Of a stretch of 50,828 nt of DNA, positions 42,816 to 50,828 are shown in pieces. The stretch spans positions 1 to 50,828 of the forward strand of contig DAOWGX010000003.1 in assembly GCA_030641715.1 (NCBI GenBank). The letters are read 5' to 3'. A program made the translations under genes and the position numbers. Positions within the stretch are counted from its first letter, which is position 1, and each line of letters begins with the position of its first letter. The stretch is from Nanobdellota archaeon. Its GTDB lineage: Archaea; Nanobdellota; Nanobdellia; Pacearchaeales; GW2011-AR1. The notes under the pieces are model-generated. The model searched no databases. It saw nothing but the letters and a program-made list of their open reading frames with translations, and was not told the DNA's origin.

Positions 42816-43316
42816 TCATTTTAACTTAAAACTCCCATAAAGTTTAATTCCATTAAGAACATTATTCAAAAGCTCTATATTAAGTTTACGAATATCAGAT
42901 TTGACAAACAACTGAATTTTATGCTTCAGTTTCTTTTCAAACTTTGACAAATCAATTTCTTTCCTCACAGAACTCTCAACAAACAAATCAATATCACTCT
43001 CTTTCACAGATTCCGCCTTCCTGATACTGCCAAAAAGAATAATACAAGAAGGATTCAAATTTACAATAAGTTCCTCCAAAAGCCCGGAAGAAACAATTTT
43101 TTCTGTAAAATAATTAGTTTTTTTAATCTTGAATAATAATGTATTTTCTGGCTGGTTCTCTTGAGTAATTAATTTCTGTTTCTTAAGAAAACTTAAATAT
43201 TTATGAATTGTCGCCTTCGGAATCTTTGCCAACTTAGCAAGTTTTCTCACAGTAAAATTCTCATCAGGAAACTCATAAAAAACTTCAAGTATCTTGTTCA
43301 TTACATCATGTTCCAT
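42816..43316 (-). CDS. Solo wHTH-fused nucleotidyltransferase (no HEPN partner)
   Basis: 166 aa with 'LFGSIRKAESVKESDIDLFVES' and wHTH 'TVRKLAKLAKIPKATIHKYLSFLKKQKLI'. It has its own A/T box tctatatatatgg about 25 nt upstream. Confidence 0.65.
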   Translation of the reverse strand: MEHDVMNKILEVFYEFPDENFTVRKLAKLAKIPKATIHKYLSFLKKQKLITQENQPENTLLFKIKKTNYFTEKIVSSGLLEELIVNLNPSCIILFGSIRKAESVKESDIDLFVESSVRKEIDLSKFEKKLKHKIQLFVKSDIRKLNIELLNNVLNGIKLYGSFKLK

Positions 43317-43473
43317 TTTAAAGACTTAAGTCCATATATATAGACTTACCCTATTTAATTCATCTAGGAAGTCCCTTTCCTTCCACCCCTCCAAAATTGT
43401 TTTTATCATTTCCATTTTAACCCAATTTTACACGATTTTCATACTATTCAAATTTAGCCGGTCTAATTTCACC

Positions 43474-44883
43474 TCAGCTTAAATCAATAACAATGTCGCC
43501 CCCTTGAACATTTAGTGCCGTTCCGCTTGTTGCATTTACATCCAACTTAGCATTAGGCGTCGTCGTCCCAATCCCCACATTCCCAACCGGCATCAACGCC
43601 AAATCCCCCTTCCCCGTCTCAATCCGCGCGTAATCCGTCGCGTTAATATAAGCCATACTTAACCATTCTGTGTTGTCATCGTCGGGGTTTGTGTCCGAAT
43701 GAATGTAGAGAGTTGGGTTTGTCTGGACATTGTGGTCGAAAGCTTTTGAAGCTACATTTGAATTTGCAATAATGATTTGGTTTCCGCCTAAATCGTGGGG
43801 GGCAATAACAAATTGCGTAAAAGTTGGGTGAAAAATAAATCTTCCGGCTAATAAAGCGTTGCTATTTTTGAATGATACAATATTATTTTTAGGTGTAATA
43901 AATAATCCACCTGAACCTGTTGTAATAACTCCATCATCCTGGTCATGATACATCTCAATATAATCGTTCGCCTGGGTAGCATCGCTGGAGTAGACTCGGA
44001 AGACTGGGTCTGCGGAGGTGGCGAGGGGGGAACGGTTTGCGTTTCCCATATCGTCTCTTTCCATCAAAGAAAGATAAGCACCTGTAGAAGTTCTAGTTCC
44101 CATCTGCATATTATCATTACCAGTAGTTTGATATCTCATTCTAAAGTCAGCACCATCACCAAATGTATATGTGCGTAGGTCAGGGAAAAGAACTTCTTGT
44201 ATGTCCATTCTTAAAACAGCAACATCTTGTGTCAATATATTTTGTGTTGCTGATGATTCAAAATCAAGGGCTATCGAATTATTATTCGTCCCCCCAGTTC
44301 CGCCAAGAGTCAGCGTTCCCGTCGGTGAGAGGATGGAACTGTTTACGTGGATGTTTCCTTGGACGTCTAGGGTTGCGTTTGGGGAGGTTGTCCCAATCCC
44401 AACCCTCCCTGTCCCCTCGTCAACAAACAAAGTATCCGTATTAACCGAAAAATTATTCGCTCCTAAGTCTACGTTTTGGGCTGCTCCGGTGTAGGGGATG
44501 TAAAGAGAAGAACCGTTCCAATTACCAAAAAAATTATCTGCTGTGATGTTATCCGTTACTTCTAAATTCCCAGTAATCTTCATTATTCCGTTCACTATAT
44601 TATCAATCATCTCACCGAAAGCGAAAGTTATTTTCTTCCCGAGAGTTAAATTCGTCGCATCCGAAATATCAGCATCAGTTATCGCCCCATCAACTATTTG
44701 CAAACCAGAAACTGTATCGTTCCTCAGCTCCCCGCTTTCATTATGCGACACATTCAGAAACTCATTCAAAACCGTTCCCCACGAACCGCTATCCCCTCCT
44801 ACCGTCGGTAACCGCTCCGCAGTTACCGCCGAAGCAACCAAAACCACAAAAAGCAACACAACTATTTTTTTTAAATTATTCAT
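43474..44883 (-). CDS. Secreted fibre-like surface protein (469 aa)
   Basis: Signal peptide 'VVLLFVVLVASAVTA' and 'VGIGTTSPNATLDVQGN' motifs. It shares near-identical nucleotide tracts with 38124..40244. Its start lies 1 nt after the HEPN stop. Confidence 0.65.
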   Translation of the reverse strand: MNNLKKIVVLLFVVLVASAVTAERLPTVGGDSGSWGTVLNEFLNVSHNESGELRNDTVSGLQIVDGAITDADISDATNLTLGKKITFAFGEMIDNIVNGIMKITGNLEVTDNITADNFFGNWNGSSLYIPYTGAAQNVDLGANNFSVNTDTLFVDEGTGRVGIGTTSPNATLDVQGNIHVNSSILSPTGTLTLGGTGGTNNNSIALDFESSATQNILTQDVAVLRMDIQEVLFPDLRTYTFGDGADFRMRYQTTGNDNMQMGTRTSTGAYLSLMERDDMGNANRSPLATSADPVFRVYSSDATQANDYIEMYHDQDDGVITTGSGGLFITPKNNIVSFKNSNALLAGRFIFHPTFTQFVIAPHDLGGNQIIIANSNVASKAFDHNVQTNPTLYIHSDTNPDDDNTEWLSMAYINATDYARIETGKGDLALMPVGNVGIGTTTPNAKLDVNATSGTALNVQGGDIVIDLS

Positions 44884-44884
44884 T

Positions 44885-45355
44885 TTACTTTCCCTTCAAT
44901 TTATCTATTTTATCACGAAAATCTTTAATATCTTCATCTGTCAAACTTTCAACAATTTCTCTAAAATCCAGATAAAAATTCTTAACTTTAAGATAAAACC
45001 CGGACAGTTTTTCTTTTTGACCAGTTTTAAGATAATACTGAGAATCAATTCTACCTTTCTTAAAAGAAACTATCTCCCCTATAAAACCCTTATTCAATAA
45101 CTCTTTCACAAGCTCAATTGAACAATCGTGATTTTCTGACTTAACCCCTATTCTCTGCAAAAAAGAATACAGCGAATAATAAGCACAATAATAAATTCTG
45201 ACAGACGCCCAAACAAAATCATTTTCCTCAATAAGATCTTTAATCTTAGATAAAGTTTTCTCCGCCTCGCCAAGATAAGACAATGCAATCTCCTCATTAG
45301 GTTCAACCACCTTCAACCCCTTCCTTATCGAAAAACACCAATTTATTCTATCCAT
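44885..45355 (-). CDS. HEPN-like protein, non-canonical motif (module 1)
   Basis: 156 aa with 'IYYCAYYSLYSFLQRIGVKSENHDCSIEL' and 'RIDSQYY'. It overlaps the NTase by 13 nt. Confidence 0.6.
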   Translation of the reverse strand: MDRINWCFSIRKGLKVVEPNEEIALSYLGEAEKTLSKIKDLIEENDFVWASVRIYYCAYYSLYSFLQRIGVKSENHDCSIELVKELLNKGFIGEIVSFKKGRIDSQYYLKTGQKEKLSGFYLKVKNFYLDFREIVESLTDEDIKDFRDKIDKLKGK

Positions 45356-45888
45356 TCTATGTTCGTAAAATAATCTCCCCCATTTACAATAATATGATTA
45401 TCCATTACCTCTTTAATTAATGTTTCCTTTTTCCCCAACGCAAACTCAAACTGATTTTTCGTCAGACAAATTGAATGAATCTTCACAGGACACAAATGTT
45501 CCGGAATTTTTCTGGATGACAAAATCAGTATATCAATATCGCTATTTTTATTAAAACTTTTTTTAGCATAACTTCCAAAAATTAAACAAGGAATATTATT
45601 CTTGACAAAATAACTAAAAAATTCCCTGAATCGAGGATTAGCTTTAATAAAAAACTGTGCTTTTCTAAGTTCAATTATCCTTGCCAAATACAAAGTTTCA
45701 AGATTTCTCTTAAAAAAATAATATGTATTTTTTCCTTCTTTCTTTTTCTCAATAAAATTAGAATAATCCTTCAGTACTTGTTGAGTTCCTCCAATACTCA
45801 CCCCGGACTTTTCAGACAACTCTCTAAAAAAAACAGGTCTCCCTAACCGGTTCATCAATTCCAATACTCTGTATTCGTTTAAGTTCAT
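45343..45888 (-). CDS. wHTH-fused nucleotidyltransferase (module 1)
   Basis: 181 aa with 'IFGSYAKKSFNKNSDIDILILSS' and wHTH 'FRELSEKSGVSIGGTQQVLKD'. Confidence 0.7.
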   Translation of the reverse strand: MNLNEYRVLELMNRLGRPVFFRELSEKSGVSIGGTQQVLKDYSNFIEKKKEGKNTYYFFKRNLETLYLARIIELRKAQFFIKANPRFREFFSYFVKNNIPCLIFGSYAKKSFNKNSDIDILILSSRKIPEHLCPVKIHSICLTKNQFEFALGKKETLIKEVMDNHIIVNGGDYFTNIEWIE

Positions 45889-45904
45889 TTGTATTCGTTT
45901 AAGT

Positions 45905-46267
45905 TCATTCTATTTTATATCCTACCTTTATACTTCCATCCGAATCAATTATTAAAATTCCGCCACTTAAAGTAATATAAAAATCCCCATTAATCTGCAA
46001 CTTACTACCAGAACTTCCTGTCTCTTTATCAGCAAACAAAGAATCCATGTTGACCAAAAAAATATTCGAACCCAAAACCACATCAGACCTCAATCCCCCG
46101 CTTTCATTATGAGACACATTCAAAAACTCATTCAACACCGTCCCCCACGAACCACTGTCCCCTCCCACCGCCGGTAACCGCTCCGCGGTTACCGCCGAAA
46201 CAACTAAGATAAATAATAAAAAACAACACACAAAAACACCAATTTTCCGTTTCACCCTCGTTACCAT
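45905..46267 (-). pseudogene. Truncated fibre-protein N-terminal cassette (120 aa), or a short secreted paralog
   Basis: 'VVSAVTAERLPAVGGDSGSWGTVLNEFLNVSHNESGGLRSD' is about 90% nt-identical to the 5' end of 43474..44883. A/T box ctttaataac lies about 27 nt upstream, so this is probably the operon head. Confidence 0.5.
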
Positions 46268-46360
46268 ATAAGACTACAATAATGAAAGTTATTAAAGCTT
46301 TCGCGTTACTAACGACAAAGAGCTCATCCCCCTAAAATTCCAATCTAAAATCTCCAAAAG

Positions 46361-46370
46361 CCTTTTAAAC
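46361..46370 (+). promoter_or_regulatory. Putative TATA box for rps6e (leaderless)
   Basis: cttttaaacc is centred about 26 nt upstream of ATG 46391. Confidence 0.45.
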
Positions 46371-46390
46371 CCAAATCCTTACCCCCTACT

Positions 46391-46825
46391 ATGACATTCA
46401 AAATAAACGTATCCCACAACGGAAAAACGTACAAAGTCGAGACTGAAGACGAAAAATTAGTCGGTAGTTCAATCGGCGACAAAATCAAAGGCGGGGAAAT
46501 ATCCGAAAACTTAGCAGATTACGAAATCAAAATAACAGGAACATCCGACAAAGCAGGATTCACCGGAATGGCAAACATTGACGGACCAAACCTCCACAAA
46601 GTCCTGCTCGATTACGGAAAAGGTATGCATAAAAAACCAAAAGGGGAGAAAAAACTTAGTAGAAAACCGAAAGGACTAAGATTAAGAAAAACCGTCCGGG
46701 GAAACGAAATCTCCCTCGCAACAGTTCAGATTAACACAAAAGTTTTAAAAGAAGGTTCCAAAAAGTTTGAGACACTTTTTGAAAAAACAGAAACACCTGA
46801 GGAAAATAAAACTCCAGAAAATTAA
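46391..46825 (+). CDS. rps6e: 30S ribosomal protein S6e
   Basis: 144 aa with 'GYEIKITGTSDKAGF' and 'GLRLRKTVRGNEIS', which fit the S6e pattern. Confidence 0.85.
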   Translation: MTFKINVSHNGKTYKVETEDEKLVGSSIGDKIKGGEISENLADYEIKITGTSDKAGFTGMANIDGPNLHKVLLDYGKGMHKKPKGEKKLSRKPKGLRLRKTVRGNEISLATVQINTKVLKEGSKKFETLFEKTETPEENKTPEN

Positions 46826-46844
46826 TTTCTTAGATATTAGAAAA

Positions 46845-46853
46845 TCTTATAAG
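46845..46853 (+). promoter_or_regulatory. Putative TATA box for cysS (leaderless)
   Basis: tcttataag is centred about 26 nt upstream of ATG 46875. Confidence 0.45.
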
Positions 46854-46874
46854 CAAGGGAGACTCACCTAATAC

Positions 46875-48206
46875 ATGACCTTCAAAATCTACAACACCCT
46901 GTCAAAAAAACTGGAAAACTTCAAACCCATAGAAAAAGAAAAAGTAAAAATTTATGTTTGCGGACCAACAGTGAATGACGTGCCGCACCTAGGGCACGCA
47001 AGACAGCAGATAACATTCGATATACTACGAAAATACTTGGAATTCTGCGGGAACGATGTAACATTCGTATCAAATATCACTGACCTCGACGACAAAATAA
47101 TCAACAAAGCCAAAGAATTAAAGACTGATATTAAAAACCTTACCGAAAAAAACCTAAAAGCACACACAGAAGATTATGAAAAAATCGGAGTCCGAAAACC
47201 GGACATCCAGCCCAAAGCCACAGAATATATTAAAGAGATGATTGATTTAGTAAAAAAATTAGAAGAAGAAAAATACGCCTATCTGATAAATAACGACGGC
47301 ATTTACTTCGACATCTCAAAATTTAAGGATTATGGGAAACTCTCCGGACAAAAAATAAAAGACCTAAAAGCCGGAGCAAGAATAAAAATCAAGGACAAAA
47401 AAAGGAACAAAGAAGATTTCGTCCTATGGAAATTTTCCAAAGTCGGAGAACCAAAATGGAAAAGCCCTTGGGGAGAAGGTCGCCCGGGATGGCATATCGA
47501 ATGTTCTGCGATGTCTGCAAATATTTTAGGACTGCCATTAGATATCCACGGGGGCGGACAGGATTTAATTTTCCCCCACCACGAAGACGAAATCGCCCAG
47601 TCCGAAGCTGCTTACGGAAAAAAACTATCAAACTACTGGATGCACAACGGGATGGTAAATATAGATAATATCAAAATGAGCAAAAGCCTAGGAAACTTCA
47701 AAACTATCAAAGACATCTTAACAAAATATTCCGGAGAAATAATCAGATATTTCGTTATCTCAGGACACTACAGAAAACCTCTCGATTTCTCAAAAGAAAC
47801 ATTAGAAAACATAAAAAATTCCTATAACCGACTCAAAAACATCACCTCTAAATTAAAAGACGACAAAAAAATTAATAAAAATTACATCAACAAATTCAAG
47901 GAAGCGATGGACGATGATTTAAACACTCCAAAAGCTCTATCAGTTATATGGCAATTATTGAGAAATACCGACGCTAATGGAAAATACCAAACAATCAAAA
48001 AAATCGACACCGTTTTAGGACTCAACCTGCTAAAAAAAGAAAACGTTTCAATTCCAAGAGATATCCAAAAATTAGCACTCGAAAGAGAAAAAAGCAGAAA
48101 ACAAAAAGACTTTGAAAAATCTGACAAAATTAGAAAAGACATCGAAAAAAGAGGGTACATTATCGACGATACCCCTAACGGACCTAAAATAAGTTTCAAA
48201 ACTTAG
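46875..48206 (+). CDS. cysS: Cysteinyl-tRNA synthetase
   Basis: 443 aa with HIGH 'CGPTVNDVPHLGHAR', 'GRPGWHIECSAM' and KMSKS 'KMSKSLGN'. Confidence 0.9.
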   Translation: MTFKIYNTLSKKLENFKPIEKEKVKIYVCGPTVNDVPHLGHARQQITFDILRKYLEFCGNDVTFVSNITDLDDKIINKAKELKTDIKNLTEKNLKAHTEDYEKIGVRKPDIQPKATEYIKEMIDLVKKLEEEKYAYLINNDGIYFDISKFKDYGKLSGQKIKDLKAGARIKIKDKKRNKEDFVLWKFSKVGEPKWKSPWGEGRPGWHIECSAMSANILGLPLDIHGGGQDLIFPHHEDEIAQSEAAYGKKLSNYWMHNGMVNIDNIKMSKSLGNFKTIKDILTKYSGEIIRYFVISGHYRKPLDFSKETLENIKNSYNRLKNITSKLKDDKKINKNYINKFKEAMDDDLNTPKALSVIWQLLRNTDANGKYQTIKKIDTVLGLNLLKKENVSIPRDIQKLALEREKSRKQKDFEKSDKIRKDIEKRGYIIDDTPNGPKISFKT

Positions 48207-48260
48207 ACCTCCAACGATAGACATAACAATCTTTAAAAACTATCGAAGATATAATACACA

Positions 48261-48926
48261 ATGGAGGTAGCAAACATTATTAGTGGTATCTCAGAGATTT
48301 TTTCCAAGGATGGAAATCTAATCCCGACATTAATATTCTTCACCGCAGTAATCGTCAGTTACTCAATCTTCGTCTACTACTTCTACAGATACCTCGCAAA
48401 AAAAAATCTAATCGAACTAAACTTCGAACAATACAATCAATATAGCAACCCGGCTCTCGTAAAATTTTTCGCAGTAGTTTTCTACATAGCAGAGTACATT
48501 ATCCTCCTCCCAATCCTAACCTCCTTTTGGTTTACAACCTTCGCAATCTTAATTCTCGTCCTATCAGAAGGAATCCCCGCAGCAGGAATCCTTTTAATTT
48601 CAGCCGCACTCGTCGCATCAGTAAGAATCACATCATACATCAGCGAAAACCTCTCCAAAGATCTCGCAAAAATGCTCCCATTCACACTTCTCGCAATTGC
48701 CATAACAAAACCAAGCTTTTTCACGATTGGCAATCTAGTCTTAAGGGTTCAAGAAATTCCATTACTATTCTCCAACCTCATGTACTACCTCCTATTCATC
48801 GTAGCCGTCGAATTAGTCATGCGAACAACAGAATTCCTCCAATACTTATTTTCCCATGGCGAAGAATCCGCAGAAGAGACAATAGAAAAAACAGAATCCG
48901 AAGAAACAGAAGCCGATGCAGAATAA
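48261..48926 (+). CDS. Polytopic membrane protein with an acidic C-terminal tail
   Basis: 221 aa, about 6 hydrophobic helices, A/T box ctttaaaaac about 26 nt upstream. Confidence 0.6.
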   Translation: MEVANIISGISEIFSKDGNLIPTLIFFTAVIVSYSIFVYYFYRYLAKKNLIELNFEQYNQYSNPALVKFFAVVFYIAEYIILLPILTSFWFTTFAILILVLSEGIPAAGILLISAALVASVRITSYISENLSKDLAKMLPFTLLAIAITKPSFFTIGNLVLRVQEIPLLFSNLMYYLLFIVAVELVMRTTEFLQYLFSHGEESAEETIEKTESEETEADAE

Positions 48927-48957
48927 ACAAAACTCACCTGGGATATTTTTTAAGAAG

Positions 48958-48968
48958 TCTTAAAAACC
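48958..48968 (+). promoter_or_regulatory. Putative TATA box for aIF2-gamma (leaderless)
   Basis: tcttaaaaacc is centred about 25 nt upstream of ATG 48988. Confidence 0.45.
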
Positions 48969-48987
48969 CACTTTCTTACATAAATTC

Positions 48988-50214
48988 ATGACAGAAAAAA
49001 TCGAAATCTCAAAACTCGACACAATAAATATCGGAATAGTCGGACATATAGACCACGGAAAAACGACACTTCTCCAAAAACTTTCAGGTAAATGGGCTGA
49101 CACACATTCCGAAGAATTAAAACGAGGAATCACAATCAAGCTCGGATATGCAGACGCAATTATTTATGACAGCGAAGGAAAATTAACAACCAACAGAAAC
49201 TCAAAAGGAAAACCAATTCGTTACATAACTTTCGTCGACGCGCCAGGACACGAAATGCTCATGGCAACAATGCTCTCCGGAGCCGCAATCATGGACGCCG
49301 CAATTCTCGTCGTCGCAGCAAACGAAGGAATCAAACCTCAAACACAAGAACACCTCGTCGCACTAAAAGCAAAAAAAATAAAAAAAGTTATCATCGTTCA
49401 AAACAAAATCGACCTTGTCTCAAAAGAACGCGCCCTAAAAAATCACGAAGATATCAAAAACTTTGTCAAAGGAACAATCGCCGAGGACGCACCAATAATC
49501 CCTATTTCCGCACAACAAGAAGTAAACCTCGATAAAGTCTTGGAAGAATTATGTAAAATCAAAATTGCCGAACAACTACTAAAAGAAAAACCCTTATTTT
49601 TAGTAGCCCGAAGTTTTGATATAAACTTGCCTCGAACCAAAATAAAAGACCTTCACGGAGGAGTTCTTGGAGGAGCACTAAAAAAAGGAGTCCTAAAAAT
49701 AGGAGATATAATCGAAATCAAACCCGGATATTCTTACAAAAAAAACATTCCTGCAAACCGCAATTCGGAATATCAATACAAAACCGTTCAATCAAAAATC
49801 GTATCAATGCAAAAAGGAGAATATCCGATAACCAAAGCAACTCCTGGTGGAAGTCTAGCGATAGAAACTGAACTCGATCCGAGCCTGACAAAAGCAGACG
49901 CACTTTCAGGAAGTGTGGCATCTCTTCAAGACAACCTCCCAGAAATAACTGAAAAAATCACCATAAAGTTCACACTCTTCAAAGAAGTTTTCGGAACAGG
50001 AAAACACGAACCAGTTCAAAATTTAAAAACTCCCGAAACATTAATGTTAAGCTTAAACACCTCAACCACCGTCGGTCAGCTAATTAAAATCAATAAAGAC
50101 GAAGCAGAACTAACCCTAAAAATTCCGATAGTCCCGCTAAAAGGAGAATCAATCGGAATCGCAAGGAACTTCAACAATCACTGGCGACTCATCGGTTTTG
50201 GAGAGATTTGCTGA
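48988..50214 (+). CDS. eif2g: Translation initiation factor aIF2 gamma subunit
   Basis: 408 aa with 'NIGIVGHIDHGKTTL', 'RGITIKLGYA', 'DAPGHE' and 'QNKIDL'. Confidence 0.9.
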   Translation: MTEKIEISKLDTINIGIVGHIDHGKTTLLQKLSGKWADTHSEELKRGITIKLGYADAIIYDSEGKLTTNRNSKGKPIRYITFVDAPGHEMLMATMLSGAAIMDAAILVVAANEGIKPQTQEHLVALKAKKIKKVIIVQNKIDLVSKERALKNHEDIKNFVKGTIAEDAPIIPISAQQEVNLDKVLEELCKIKIAEQLLKEKPLFLVARSFDINLPRTKIKDLHGGVLGGALKKGVLKIGDIIEIKPGYSYKKNIPANRNSEYQYKTVQSKIVSMQKGEYPITKATPGGSLAIETELDPSLTKADALSGSVASLQDNLPEITEKITIKFTLFKEVFGTGKHEPVQNLKTPETLMLSLNTSTTVGQLIKINKDEAELTLKIPIVPLKGESIGIARNFNNHWRLIGFGEIC

Positions 50215-50313
50215 CTTTAACAAATGAGTAAATTTTGAAGTTAGGAGATTGAGCAGAAATCTGTTGATTTCAACAAATAGATAAAATCTGAAATTAACTG
50301 ATTGAGCAGAAAT
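50211..50313. repeat. Degenerate tandem direct repeat (50 + 53 nt)
   Basis: ctgactttaacaaatgagtaaattttgaagttaggagattgagcagaaat / ctgttgatttcaacaaatagataaaatctgaaattaactgattgagcagaaat. The first unit contains the aIF2-gamma stop codon. Confidence 0.75.
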
Positions 50314-50410
50314 TATTTAATTTAAAAAATTATTTAATTAAATAAAACCGCCGAATCAGCAACAATCTATTCAGAAAAGTATTTAACCAAATAAATTATA
50401 CAACAAGACT

Positions 50411-50674
50411 ATGTTAACATTATTTATCAATTATATAACTGCCATTGCATTTGTTGCATTAACATTAGACATAATTTTTCAGATATCTCATGTTATCAAA
50501 AGAAAATCCTCAAGAGATATCTCGATAAGTGGATGTCTAGTCCGATCAACCGCAATCATAATATTCGGAATAAAGTTCCTTCTAATTAATGATCCTTGGC
50601 TGATTATTGGACAGAGTGTTTTTGGCGTTCTCTTTTTAACATATTTTATTCTTGTGTTATCATACAGAAAGTAA
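50411..50674 (+). CDS. 3-TM PQ-loop / SemiSWEET-like small membrane protein (tentative)
   Basis: 87 aa with three hydrophobic helices. 'IFQISHVIKRKSSRDISISG' resembles the PQ-loop signature (PQ..K..K.KS..G.S), with FQ in place of PQ. Confidence 0.4.
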   Translation: MLTLFINYITAIAFVALTLDIIFQISHVIKRKSSRDISISGCLVRSTAIIIFGIKFLLINDPWLIIGQSVFGVLFLTYFILVLSYRK

Positions 50675-50759
50675 CCTACCTTTTAAAATAGTGTGCAATC
50701 AGGTGACATATGTCACTAGTACCGAAAATTAGTTCGCGCGTAAATTTGACTAATTTACA

Positions 50760-50828
50760 TGGAAAAAAATGAAATTAGAAAAATATTTTTTAAACTTAAA
50801 CTTAAAGGACATTCATACAATCAATGCA
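50760..50828 (+). CDS. Partial ORF running off the window end
   Basis: 'MEKNEIRKIFFKLKLKGHSYNQC...' is only 23 codons. It could be the start of an HTH protein. Confidence 0.25.

Noticed and set aside
43317-43473. Mini-ORF (MEMIKTILEGWKERDFLDELNRVSLYIWT) in the gap between the 469-aa fibre gene and the solo NTase
   Set aside because: It is about 29 codons, overlaps the putative TATA box of the NTase gene, and resembles nothing else in the window.
1-50828. tRNA, rRNA or other canonical RNA genes
   Set aside because: I scanned the intergenic regions (for example 19666-19923, 26166-26496, 30354-30476, 46268-46390, 50215-50410) by eye. I found no T-loop/acceptor-stem pattern or rRNA-like conserved strings. 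A covariance-model scan is still needed.

Overview
AT-rich, gene-dense archaeal window. The core genes are aIF2-gamma, aIF5B, ribosomal protein S6e, archaeal-type GluRS, CysRS and PEP synthase. The small, reduced-looking proteins suggest a DPANN-like genome, but that is inference. No rRNA, tRNA, CRISPR array, integrase or transposase was recognised. Core genes are read as leaderless: each has a TTTAWA/TTATAA box centred about 25-28 nt upstream of the ATG and no Shine-Dalgarno (SD) motif. Three accessory blocks stand out. (1) 1-3730: a methyltransferase-like / coiled-coil / HerA-FtsK-like ATPase-wHTH trio, bracketed on both sides by related ~40-bp tandem repeats. (2) ~3850-16210: a same-strand island of about 21 small secreted or membrane ORFs. 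Nearly all carry a strong AAGGAG(G) SD. The island also holds hairpin+T-run terminators, an ankyrin-repeat protein and a PEP-CTERM-tailed lectin-like protein. (3) 33633-46267, minus strand: a repeat-built polytopic membrane protein, a canonical MNT/HEPN(DUF86) pair, a Bro-N/DinD-like gene, and then an iterated array of wHTH-nucleotidyltransferase -> non-canonical HEPN -> secreted fibre-like protein modules. These modules are tightly translationally coupled and interleaved with truncated fibre cassettes, conserved junction repeats and near-identical nucleotide tracts. Block 3 is my best candidate for an undescribed multi-component system. Other points are an uncharacterised operon at 19924-23940, a structured intergenic region at 19666-19923, a truncated dph2, and a split FAD/Fe-S oxidoreductase operon with nested HD and NYN genes. 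All functional calls rest on motifs read by eye; no searches were run.
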